A stretch of DNA of 24,000 bases from Thermococcus argininiproducens (lineage in GTDB: Archaea > Methanobacteriota_B > Thermococci > Thermococcales > Thermococcaceae). This document shows, one piece after another, positions 16,439 through 24,000 of the stretch. Under the pieces are notes generated by a model that saw only the letters and a list, made by a program, of their open reading frames with translations, made no database searches and had not been told where the DNA came from. Made by a program: the position numbers and the translations under genes. The stretch spans positions 1,076,530 through 1,100,529 of the forward strand of contig NZ_CP080572.1 in the NCBI RefSeq assembly GCF_023746595.1, read 5' to 3'. Numbering within the stretch: the first letter of the stretch is position 1; every line of letters starts with the position of its first letter.

Positions 16439-18150
16439 GCAAAGATCGCTGTTACTTTTTCTCCTTCTATCTTATCTATCCTCACAAAGCCAAAACGTTC
16501 GAACTGGACTATGTCGTCAACTTTTAGATTTGCATCAGTTTCAAGCAGGCCTTTCCTAACTACGAGTTCATCTCCTTCTGGTATTAAAACTTCACATGGT
16601 TTTCCTTCTGGAACCCAGTGGATCATTCTCCACCTGTTTTCTCTGGCCTTCTCGTATTCAATACTATCAAATTCCACCACAATTTTTTCTTCACCAACTT
16701 CCAGGATTTTTACATTGAAGAGGTCCTTAAGTCTAACATATTCGTTGCTCTTGAGGAGTTTGAGATCGTCTTTTGATACGTATACCGGTTTTCCCGGAGT
16801 GAATTTAAGCTTTCTAACACCTCTCTCAGGATGGTCAGGATGGAGAGGCACTTCCGCTATGAACTCTTCGTTGTACCCCTTAATTTCCATTGGTATTGGA
16901 TCGGCAACAAAGAAATACCTGTTGGCAATAGGTTCGATTAGTCTTCTGTTTATTGCTGCTAAGTTATCCCAACTGATGGTAGTATCGCTCTTTTTGAGTC
17001 CTACTTCAATTATTAGCTCTCTAATAGCCTCTGATTGGATACCTCTTCTTTTTAGGGCTCTAATAGTTCCGAGTCTTGGATCATCCCATCCTAAGTATTT
17101 GCCCTCTTCTATTCCCTTTCTTGTTTTTGACTTGCTTAAGATAACCCCTTCAATTGAGAGTCTTCCATGGTGAACCGTTTGGGGATATTCCCACCCAAAA
17201 TACTCGTATACATACCTCTGCTTTGTCTCGTTTTCTGCATGTTCTTGTCCTCTGAAGATGTGAGTAACACCAAGCTCATGATCGTCTATAGCAGAAGCGA
17301 AGTTATAGAGGGGCCATACATGGTATTTGTCTCCTGTTCTTGGGTGATTGGGATTATTAATAATTCTAAGGGCTGGCCAATCTCTTACCGCTGGATTTGG
17401 ATGGCTTAGATCGGTTTTTATTCTTACGACAGCTTCTCCTTCCTTGTATTCCCCATTGAGCATCTTCTTCCATTCTTGAAGCTGGATTTCTGGGGGTAGG
17501 TCTCTATGGGGGCATGCTTTTCCTTCATCTCTGAGCTTCCTGAAATCCTCTGGTGTGCATGTGCATACGTAGGCCTTCCCCATCGCGAGCAGTTTTTCGG
17601 CATAGGAATAATAAATTTCCAGCCTGTCACTTGCCATGTGGATTTCATCTATCTGGAAGCCTAACCATTTTAGATCCTCAATAATCCACTCGTAAAAGAT
17701 TGGCTCAGGTCTTTTTACTTTGGGGTCAGTATCATCAAATCTCAGGATGAATTTGCCCCCATAAATTCTAGCGTATTCATGACTGAGAATTGCGGCTCTA
17801 GCATTTCCTAAATGAAATGCGCCGTCAGGGTTTGGGGCAAATCTTGTGATGACTTTTCCTTTTTCTGCTTTAGGTAAGGGAGGGAGACCTTTCTTTTCTT
17901 CCTTTTTCTCTTCTTTCTTTTCAAAGAATTCTGGATAAATTTCATTTAGCTTGGTTTTTTGATCCTCAATACTCATAGAATTGACCTCTTGGACTATATC
18001 ATTGACAAGAGGGATTATTTCTCTGGCTTTTGGTCTTAGTTCCGGGTTCTCGCCAAGTATTTTTCCTATAACTGCTTTAGAATTGGCTTTCCCATCATGC
18101 TGGACAGCATTGATGAGCGCATATTTGAGTATCGTCTCCCTTATCTCCAT
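16429..18150 (-). CDS. gltX: glutamyl-tRNA synthetase (archaeal/eukaryotic type, non-discriminating class I)
   Basis: 573 aa. It has a HIGH-type motif ([15 protein letters not shown]) and a KMSKS-type motif ([10 protein letters not shown]). The typical archaeal GluRS core reads RFDDTDP and WPLYNFA..DDH..GVTH. The SD GGTGAAG is upstream of the ATG at 18150. Confidence 0.93.
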   Translation of the reverse strand: MEIRETILKYALINAVQHDGKANSKAVIGKILGENPELRPKAREIIPLVNDIVQEVNSMSIEDQKTKLNEIYPEFFEKKEEKKEEKKGLPPLPKAEKGKVITRFAPNPDGAFHLGNARAAILSHEYARIYGGKFILRFDDTDPKVKRPEPIFYEWIIEDLKWLGFQIDEIHMASDRLEIYYSYAEKLLAMGKAYVCTCTPEDFRKLRDEGKACPHRDLPPEIQLQEWKKMLNGEYKEGEAVVRIKTDLSHPNPAVRDWPALRIINNPNHPRTGDKYHVWPLYNFASAIDDHELGVTHIFRGQEHAENETKQRYVYEYFGWEYPQTVHHGRLSIEGVILSKSKTRKGIEEGKYLGWDDPRLGTIRALKRRGIQSEAIRELIIEVGLKKSDTTISWDNLAAINRRLIEPIANRYFFVADPIPMEIKGYNEEFIAEVPLHPDHPERGVRKLKFTPGKPVYVSKDDLKLLKSNEYVRLKDLFNVKILEVGEEKIVVEFDSIEYEKARENRWRMIHWVPEGKPCEVLIPEGDELVVRKGLLETDANLKVDDIVQFERFGFVRIDKIEGEKVTAIFAHK

Positions 18151-18182
18151 TTTTCTTCACCATAGGGAGAAGGCAGGGTTAA

Positions 18183-18210
18183 GTTATAAACCTTGTGCGA
18201 GGTTTATTAA
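18183..18210. promoter_or_regulatory. compact divergent promoter pair for gltX (-) and ndk (+): two TATA boxes forming an imperfect palindrome
   Basis: The sequence is GTTATAAACC-TTGTGCGA-GGTTTATTAA. On the minus strand TTTATAAC lies 37 nt from the gltX ATG. On the plus strand TTTATTAA lies about 48 nt from the ndk ATG. The inverted arms are ATAAACC and GGTTTAT. Confidence 0.5.
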
Positions 18211-18253
18211 AAAGAATTTTAAATCACTACACTTATTGTTTTTGGTGTTGCCA

Positions 18254-18775
18254 ATGAACAAAGTGGAGAGAACACTAGTAATCATAAAGCCTGATGCTGT
18301 TGTTAGAGGTCTTATAGGTGAAATTATCAGTAGATTTGAGAAGCGAGGTCTTAAAATAATTGGGATGAAGATGATACACATTGATAGGGAATTGGCCGAA
18401 AAGCACTATGAGGAGCATAAGGGGAAGCCATTCTTTAGACCACTAATAGACTATATAACAAAGGCTCCAAGTATTGTGATGGTCGTAGAAGGAAGATATG
18501 CAATTAGCGTGATAAGAAAGATGTGCGGTGCAACAGATCCAAAAGATGCAGAACCAGGAACGATTAGAGGTGATTATGGTCTTGATGTAGGGGATGCAAT
18601 ATACAATGTTATCCATGCCTCTGATAGCGAAGAAACCGCCAAGAGAGAAATAGCACTCTATTTCAAGGACGAAGAGCTTTTTGAGTATTGCAAAGCTGCA
18701 GAGTGGTTCTATCACTCTCACTGGGACAAAGAAAAAGGTGAGTATTTAGACTCAACAGATTGTCTGAATCTTTGA
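18254..18775 (+). CDS. ndk: nucleoside diphosphate kinase, with a C-terminal extension of about 25 aa
   Basis: It starts [35 protein letters not shown] and has the active-site motif NVIHASDS. The first 91 codons of the track ORF (17981-18253) are antisense to gltX and run through the promoter, so I trimmed to the ATG at 18254, which has GGTG 7 nt upstream. Confidence 0.92.
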   Translation: MNKVERTLVIIKPDAVVRGLIGEIISRFEKRGLKIIGMKMIHIDRELAEKHYEEHKGKPFFRPLIDYITKAPSIVMVVEGRYAISVIRKMCGATDPKDAEPGTIRGDYGLDVGDAIYNVIHASDSEETAKREIALYFKDEELFEYCKAAEWFYHSHWDKEKGEYLDSTDCLNL

Positions 18776-18778
18776 AAA

Positions 18779-18790
18779 TTTTTTCCTTTT
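18779..18790 (+). terminator. oligo-T termination signal after ndk
   Basis: TTTTTTCCTTTT begins 4 nt after the TGA stop codon. Confidence 0.5.
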
Positions 18791-18839
18791 CATCAATTAT
18801 TAAAAAGTCTTACGTACTATTCTTTTTTAGGTGTTTGAT

Positions 18840-20114
18840 ATGTGTGACATTCTTGTTGCAACTCCTAGAGTAACTAAAGACAATATAATGTTGTTTGCCA
18901 AGAACAGTGATAGAGATCCTAATGAAGCTCAGATCTTGGAGTATATTCCGAGACAAAAGCATGAGAATGAGACAATAAAACTAACTTATCTTGAGTTTCC
19001 TCAGGTTAGGGAGACCTATGCAGTGATTCTTTCTCGACCTTGGTGGATTTGGGGAGCTGAAATGGGAGTGAATGAATTTGGCCTGGCAATTGGTAATACT
19101 GCAGTTTTTACAAAAGAGAGACTCCCAGAAAAGGGGATCTTGGGAATGGATATGATAAGACTTGCACTTGAGAGAACAAAAACATCTAAAGAAGCTCTTA
19201 ATTTTATAATTGGGATAATTGAGAATTATGGCCAAGGAGGAAGTGGGAGTTACGAACACAAGATGGTATACAGCAACTCTTTTATAATTGCAGATCCGAA
19301 AGAAGCTTGGGTTCTTGAAACTGCTGGCAAAAATTGGGTTGCAAAGAGAATTGAGGATGTTTACTCTATTTCAAATGCCCTAACGATTGAAGACGAGTGG
19401 GATCTAGCATCTGACAGCGTTGAAAAACTCTCAAAAAAGAGTAGCTTCAACTTTGCCCGCTATTTTTCCGATAGGTTCTATACCCATTTTGCCTACGGAA
19501 GGGAGAGGAGAGCTTTCACATATCAAAAACTCAAGGAAAGAAAGGGAGAAATAACACTTGAATGTATGATGGAAATTTTGAGATCACACAGTGTTGAGCC
19601 ATACTCTCCAGAAAAGGGCTCTATGAGAGATATATGCATGCATTATGGGGGTCTAACACGGCCCTCCCAGACTGCATCATCCCAGATTTCAGAGCTTAGG
19701 GAGGATTTGAGCATTCACTGGTTTACAGGAGCGTCTAATCCATGTTTAAGTATATTCAAGCCAGTCTTCTTTGAAGGAGGACTTCCAGATTTGGGAGAGG
19801 TTCCTAATAATAAGTATAATCCCAAAAATTACTGGTGGCGCATGGAGAGATTTCATAGAATATTCCAGACCAATTATCGGGCTTATATAAGTGAATTTGC
19901 TACGGAGAGGGATGGGTTGCAGAGAACAATAATAGAAAAGGCGAAGCAACTTGAAGGAAGTACTTTAGAAGAATTAACAAAATGGGCATTTGAAGAAGAG
20001 ACAAAGCTTGTAGAAAGATGGGAAAAACGGATCACACCAGGCAAGTTTCCTTTCTTTTATGGGATGAGGTGGAAAAAAGTTAACAGGAAAGCGGGTCTAA
20101 AGCAAGGTTTTTAA
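18840..20114 (+). CDS. peptidase C69 / secernin-like N-terminal-nucleophile (Ntn) hydrolase
   Basis: From the ATG at 18840 the protein begins MCDILVA, with Cys2 as the putative Ntn nucleophile. This is followed by FAKNSDRDPNEAQ, the C69/secernin signature as I remember it. The SD AGGTG (18829-18833) contains the track's GTG start. Confidence 0.75.
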   Translation: MCDILVATPRVTKDNIMLFAKNSDRDPNEAQILEYIPRQKHENETIKLTYLEFPQVRETYAVILSRPWWIWGAEMGVNEFGLAIGNTAVFTKERLPEKGILGMDMIRLALERTKTSKEALNFIIGIIENYGQGGSGSYEHKMVYSNSFIIADPKEAWVLETAGKNWVAKRIEDVYSISNALTIEDEWDLASDSVEKLSKKSSFNFARYFSDRFYTHFAYGRERRAFTYQKLKERKGEITLECMMEILRSHSVEPYSPEKGSMRDICMHYGGLTRPSQTASSQISELREDLSIHWFTGASNPCLSIFKPVFFEGGLPDLGEVPNNKYNPKNYWWRMERFHRIFQTNYRAYISEFATERDGLQRTIIEKAKQLEGSTLEELTKWAFEEETKLVERWEKRITPGKFPFFYGMRWKKVNRKAGLKQGF

Positions 20115-20146
20115 CCCCTTTCTATTTTATTCTATCGGTGTTTAGA

Positions 20147-20614
20147 GTGAACAATTTAATTGAGATATTTTTGCTCTCTTTGATACCAACATTTGAGGGA
20201 AGATATGCAATAGTTTATGGCATTGGTAGGGGCTATTCTATTCTTGGCACTTTGATAATGGCCTCTCTTGGGATTTTAGTTCTTTCTCTTGTACTCCCCA
20301 TTGCGCTTCCTTTTATAGATTGGGTTATGCTTAAGCTTGAGGCCACCTCTTTGAGGAAATTTGCAGAGCTCTATTTGGGGTATGTAGGGCGAGTAAGGAG
20401 AAAAGCCCATCCCTATGTGGAGAGATGGGGGTTTTTAGGCCTTGTAATATTTGTAGCGATCCCGCTTCCTGGAACAGGAGTATGGACGGGAAGCCTAGCG
20501 GCATATCTGTTTGGAATAGAAAAAAGAGAAGCAATACCTGCTTTGATCATTGGTGGGCTTTTGAGCATCTTAATAACACTGATTCCAAGCTTAGGAGCAG
20601 TAAAAATATTTTAA
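20147..20614 (+). CDS. small integral membrane protein (resembles the putative small multidrug export family, PF06695-type)
   Basis: It has four or five hydrophobic segments, an EGRYAI motif near the N-terminus and PLPGTGVWTGSLAAYLFG. The start is ambiguous. The GTG at 20138 lies inside CGGTG, and the in-frame GTG at 20147 follows it at SD spacing. Confidence 0.6.
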   Translation: MNNLIEIFLLSLIPTFEGRYAIVYGIGRGYSILGTLIMASLGILVLSLVLPIALPFIDWVMLKLEATSLRKFAELYLGYVGRVRRKAHPYVERWGFLGLVIFVAIPLPGTGVWTGSLAAYLFGIEKREAIPALIIGGLLSILITLIPSLGAVKIF

Positions 20615-20628
20615 AAGAAGAAAAAGGC

Positions 20629-21954
20629 CTATTTTGTTGCCTTCGTTATTCCCACGTTTTTCACGAGAACATAGGGTGTAAACACGGGAGTAGCAACTTC
20701 CCACCAGTGGACATGATAGAGATCTTTTCCTAATGCTGTAATGCTCTCCAATATGTGCTGGAAGTTATCGCTTACTCTTATGTTTCTTATGGGCTTAGTT
20801 ATCTCTCCATTCTCGATTAAAAATGCTCCATCTCTTGGTATCGTAGAGAAATCACCTGTAACATAGTTCTGGAATCTTGTGTACCACACATTAGTAATGT
20901 AGATACCGTGCTTAACTTCGCCAAATATTTCATCTTTTGAGTAGTCTCCTGGTTCAAGATAAATATTCCATGCTTGGGGCATTAGTAAACCAGCATTTGC
21001 TGTAGTCTCAGTCTTGTACTTTCTTGCAAAGCTTGTATTTAGGAGATACGTTTTTAGGATCCCATTCTCGATTATATTTGTTTCTTTTGTGGGAACTCCC
21101 TCATCATCGAATTTTCTTGTTCCGTAAGCATTTGGCATGTCTCCGACATCCTTGATACTGACTTTCTCATTTGCAACTTTTTGCCCCAACTTGCCCACTA
21201 AGAAGCTAAAACCAGCTTCGACGGCAAATGCAGAGGTCATGAAGCTCATATAGCTGAGAAGGTTAGCAAAGGCCAATGGGTCAAAAATAACGTCAAAAGT
21301 TCCTGCTTCGCCTTGTATTGGATTGGTAGCAAGTTTGGCTATTTCTCCTGCTTTTCTTCCAGCACTTTCTGGGTCAAACTTCTTGAGAATTCTTACAGAG
21401 TTTGTCCCATGCCCGCTTTCTTCATCGCCTATGAATGCCCTAACACTTATCTCTATCCCGGTTCCTTCGTCAAATGCCTCTATTCCATTACTGGTGCTCA
21501 GATAGAGTTTGTTGTAGTCAGTGTAAAGTACTCCTGCAACCCTTTTGGCACCCTCTTCAAGGGCAGCATTAATGGCAACCTCTACATACTCATTTGGTTC
21601 ATCTAGTTCAACTATAGCTTTATCAAAAGTTCCAGGGATGTCTTTATACTTAAATGGGCCCTCTGCTATACCATAGTAGTCCTCTTTAGGTGCCAGATTT
21701 TTAACACTCTTCAGAAGGGTCTGGAGAGCTTTATCTATCGTGGCCTCATCTAAAGCAGTTAAAGTGGTGGATGCCAATCTTTTTTGATACTCGACGAAGA
21801 GTTCAACCTTTTGAGTATGCCAGTTCTTTGCAACTGTGATTTCATTGTTGGCAAATCTCACCTGTCTTCTGCTTTGCTCATATGATAAAACCACTACATC
21901 TCCAAATCCGAGTTCTTTTGCTCTTTTTAAGATTAATTCGTTAACTTCGAACAT
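20629..21954 (-). CDS. pmbA: TldE/PmbA-family protein (non-catalytic partner of TldD metalloprotease)
   Basis: This 441-aa paralogue of the upstream TldD lacks HExxxH. It has the conserved C-terminal GDFS..PRDGAFLIENGEI pattern. The real start is the ATG at 21954, with GAGGAGGTGA formed by the last codons and stop of tldD. The track start at 21963 is the GTG of that SD. Confidence 0.85.
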   Translation of the reverse strand: MFEVNELILKRAKELGFGDVVVLSYEQSRRQVRFANNEITVAKNWHTQKVELFVEYQKRLASTTLTALDEATIDKALQTLLKSVKNLAPKEDYYGIAEGPFKYKDIPGTFDKAIVELDEPNEYVEVAINAALEEGAKRVAGVLYTDYNKLYLSTSNGIEAFDEGTGIEISVRAFIGDEESGHGTNSVRILKKFDPESAGRKAGEIAKLATNPIQGEAGTFDVIFDPLAFANLLSYMSFMTSAFAVEAGFSFLVGKLGQKVANEKVSIKDVGDMPNAYGTRKFDDEGVPTKETNIIENGILKTYLLNTSFARKYKTETTANAGLLMPQAWNIYLEPGDYSKDEIFGEVKHGIYITNVWYTRFQNYVTGDFSTIPRDGAFLIENGEITKPIRNIRVSDNFQHILESITALGKDLYHVHWWEVATPVFTPYVLVKNVGITKATK

Positions 21955-21959
21955 CTTTT

Positions 21960-23378
21960 TCACCTCCTCAGCACTACCTCCCTAAGTCTCGCATGTGGTC
22001 CTCCCATCCACACTGGTACCCCCTGTCCCGGTTCACCTTTTCCACAGGTGCCTGGATAGAATTCGACGTCTTTTCCAACAGCATCAACGCTGCTCCAGAG
22101 CCCTTTAGTTGTTATTTCAAGAATTGGCTTTCTTACAGGGTGCTTTATTTCTCCGTTCTCGATTAAGTATGCCTCTCTTCCTATGTACCTTTGTTGGAAT
22201 CTTCTATCATCTATGTTCCATTCGTTAAAGCTTACCATGTAAACGCCTAGCTTTATATCTTCGATCAGCTCTTCGAAGGTGTAATCCCCTGGCGCAAGAT
22301 AGGTGTTTGCCATTCTTACTATAGGCTCACGGTTGTAGTTTATTGCCCTGGCTGATGCGTTTGACTTCATTCCAAGGTACGCAGCATACTCTCTGTTCAT
22401 TAAGAACTCATTTATTATCCCATTTTTAATGAGATATCTAGGCCTTGCTTTAACACCTTCATCATCGTAGAGATAGAATCCCCAACTGTTTGGAACTGTT
22501 GGATCTTCTATAACTGTCACGACATCACTTCCAATTCTCTCCCCAAGCATTGTGGGCTTTACGAAACTTTCTCCCGCTTGAGCAGCCTCTCTTCCCATTA
22601 TTCTGTCCAGTTCATAGGGATGGCCAACACTTTCGTGAACAGCTATTCCCGCTACCTCTGGGCTTATCACAACATCAACTTTTCCTTCAGGTGGTTTTTG
22701 ACCTTCTTTTATGAGGTTTTGCAGGGCTTTGACGTCTTTCACGGCCCATTCCCATGGTTGGTCTTTCTCGATTAGTTCAAGTCCACCAGAAAAGGCCCTT
22801 TGAACGAAAGGAGCTTGTTCCATCTGTCCTTCTTCAAAGACAACCAAGTTATACATGACTGAGACTCGTGGGATGAGACTCTCAACAAATGCACCTTCAT
22901 TGTTCATGAAGATCTTGTGCCACATGAAATCTCCATATCTCAGAAACCGCATTGGGACGTTAATTCCGGTTTCTCTTACTTTTTCTTCGATGAGCTTTAA
23001 ATACTCCATTTTCTCTTCTGCACTAATGTCTCTAAAGTCTTTTTTCATCTTAACCTCATAAAAAACTTGGTGGAAATCTTCATCGCTGAATTGGATGGGT
23101 TTGTTCCTTAATTTTGCTGCAGCCTTTGCTAGCTTCACAGCTTTTTTTACAGCCTCAAGAACACTTTCTTTTGTCAGAACATTTGTAGAGGCAAATCCCA
23201 TGCCTCCATTAACTATGACTCTTATTCCCATTCCTTTCTCAGCTAGAATACCTAGACCTTCAGGATTTCCATTCTTCATGACCAGTTCTGTTCCATCTTT
23301 TTCTTCAAACCTTGCCTCGGCATAAGAGGCTCCAAGTTCTTGTGCTTTCTCAACCGCAAATTCAACGAGCTCATGCAT
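21960..23378 (-). CDS. tldD: TldD-family zinc metalloprotease
   Basis: It has the HExxxH motif HESVGH within AVHESVGHPYELD, and a C-terminal GTCGKGEPGQGVPV glycine-rich motif typical of TldD. The start is ambiguous among the GTG at 23387 and the ATGs at 23384 and 23378. I chose 23378, at SD spacing from GGGGTGAT. Confidence 0.88.
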   Translation of the reverse strand: MHELVEFAVEKAQELGASYAEARFEEKDGTELVMKNGNPEGLGILAEKGMGIRVIVNGGMGFASTNVLTKESVLEAVKKAVKLAKAAAKLRNKPIQFSDEDFHQVFYEVKMKKDFRDISAEEKMEYLKLIEEKVRETGINVPMRFLRYGDFMWHKIFMNNEGAFVESLIPRVSVMYNLVVFEEGQMEQAPFVQRAFSGGLELIEKDQPWEWAVKDVKALQNLIKEGQKPPEGKVDVVISPEVAGIAVHESVGHPYELDRIMGREAAQAGESFVKPTMLGERIGSDVVTVIEDPTVPNSWGFYLYDDEGVKARPRYLIKNGIINEFLMNREYAAYLGMKSNASARAINYNREPIVRMANTYLAPGDYTFEELIEDIKLGVYMVSFNEWNIDDRRFQQRYIGREAYLIENGEIKHPVRKPILEITTKGLWSSVDAVGKDVEFYPGTCGKGEPGQGVPVWMGGPHARLREVVLRR

Positions 23379-23492
23379 GTGCATCACCCCTGATTACTGC
23401 ATATATTAGTACTTCCCTGAAGTATAAAATCGTTTCGTTTCGATAGACATTGAAGCGGAATAAAGAGAAGGAAGTTAGAGCGTGAAACAATG

Positions 23493-23511
23493 GAAAAAAT
23501 AAAAAGAGGCT
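23493..23511 (-). terminator. oligo-T termination signal after the 23512-24000 gene
   Basis: The minus strand reads TAAAGCCTCTTTTTATTTTTTCC, with T5 and T6 runs immediately after the stop codon. Confidence 0.55.
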
Positions 23512-24000
23512 TTAACTTTCTTCTACTAGCCACAAGAGAGCACCTTTGATGAATGGCCAGTTGGTATCTATGTATCTTCCATAGTAATCGTCGCTAAGTG
23601 CTTTACTTGATCCATAAGCCACTATTTTTCCACTTCCAATTTCCACTGCGGCTGCAACAATTGGGGTTGAGCCTTTTGATTTGACAATATTTCCATCTTC
23701 ATCTTCAGCATAGGCACTTTCATATCCTCTGATGAGCCATACAGCGTTTCCGCTTATGTCTAAGGTGTCTCCGTTGTAATAGAGTTGAGAGCTATCATTG
23801 AGGAATTTCATTGCTGGATGTTCAAGGTTGAATTCTCCCACTAAGGGGAAGTATGGTCTACCTGTGTTTTGTTCATCATCCATGAGCTCATCATCATTAA
23901 ACTTAATTCCGAATTCCTCTGTGATTTTGTTGAAGCTTATGTAATAGACGTATCTGTACCAATCGCCACTTATGAATAATCCTCCTCCTTCCTTAACCCA
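23512..24000 (-). CDS. uncharacterised protein, C-terminal part (5' end outside the window); possibly a GATase1-like/DUF4350-type domain
   Basis: The track ORF starts at an internal Met (23883), but the same frame stays open to base 24000. There it reads WVKEGGGLFISGDWYRYVYYISFNKITEEFGIKFNDDEL before MDDEQ. The GGGLFI..D and GKIVAYGSS strands resemble class-I glutamine-amidotransferase-like folds. The family assignment is tentative. Confidence 0.5.
   Translation of the reverse strand, partial: WVKEGGGLFISGDWYRYVYYISFNKITEEFGIKFNDDELMDDEQNTGRPYFPLVGEFNLEHPAMKFLNDSSQLYYNGDTLDISGNAVWLIRGYESAYAEDEDGNIVKSKGSTPIVAAAVEIGSGKIVAYGSSKALSDDYYGRYIDTNWPFIKGALLWLVEES

Noticed and set aside
16511-17173. 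220-aa + strand ORF, the longest unexplained ORF in the track
   Set aside because: It lies entirely antisense to the well-supported gltX CDS. Its Ser/Leu/Phe/Thr-rich low-complexity translation is typical of a shadow frame. It has no SD or promoter and no recognisable motif.
18183-18191. Short SurR core GTTataAAC in the gltX/ndk spacer
   Set aside because: Only the 6-position core matches, the n5GTT extension is absent, and it coincides with the TATA box sequence itself. Several such hits are expected by chance in a window of this size.
17981-18253. N-terminal 91 codons of the 264-aa track ORF fused to ndk
   Set aside because: This part is antisense to the gltX 5' end and crosses the divergent promoter. 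NDK homology begins only at the ATG at 18254, which has its own SD.

Overview
This window is a densely packed, moderately AT-rich stretch of core chromosome from a hyperthermophilic euryarchaeon. Gene content, gene order and protein sequences point to Thermococcales (Pyrococcus, Thermococcus or Palaeococcus type). I support 22 protein-coding genes, two of them cut by the window edges. In order they are: an sHSP fragment, CDC48/VCP, a DUF257-like degenerate RecA/KaiC-fold protein, PfpI protease, a CRM/YhbY protein, ribosomal protein S19e, a PDCD5-like DNA-binding protein, an 89-aa orphan, TFB, FEN-1, the ADP-forming acetyl-CoA synthetase alpha subunit, reverse gyrase, a SWIM zinc-finger protein, aIF5B, a small PP-loop ATPase, GluRS, NDK, a C69/secernin-like Ntn peptidase, a small membrane protein, TldE(PmbA), TldD, and a partial GATase1-like protein. 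I found no rRNA or tRNA gene, CRISPR array, IS or transposon, integrase, intein or recognisable defence system. About half of the ORF-track starts look over-extended. The supplied start is a GTG or TTG lying inside the GGTG-type Shine-Dalgarno sequence of the real ATG a few codons downstream, and I trimmed these. This looks like an ordinary housekeeping region, so none of my hunting results rates above moderate interest. The results are: an exact SurR-type motif in an unusually long fen/acdA spacer; an orphan hairpin plus T-run next to a palindromic TATA element that could mark a small RNA; an AAGGTT repeat array upstream of the reverse gyrase promoter; and several uncharacterised proteins in suggestive contexts. 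All calls come from reading the sequence and from remembered family motifs. No database search was run.
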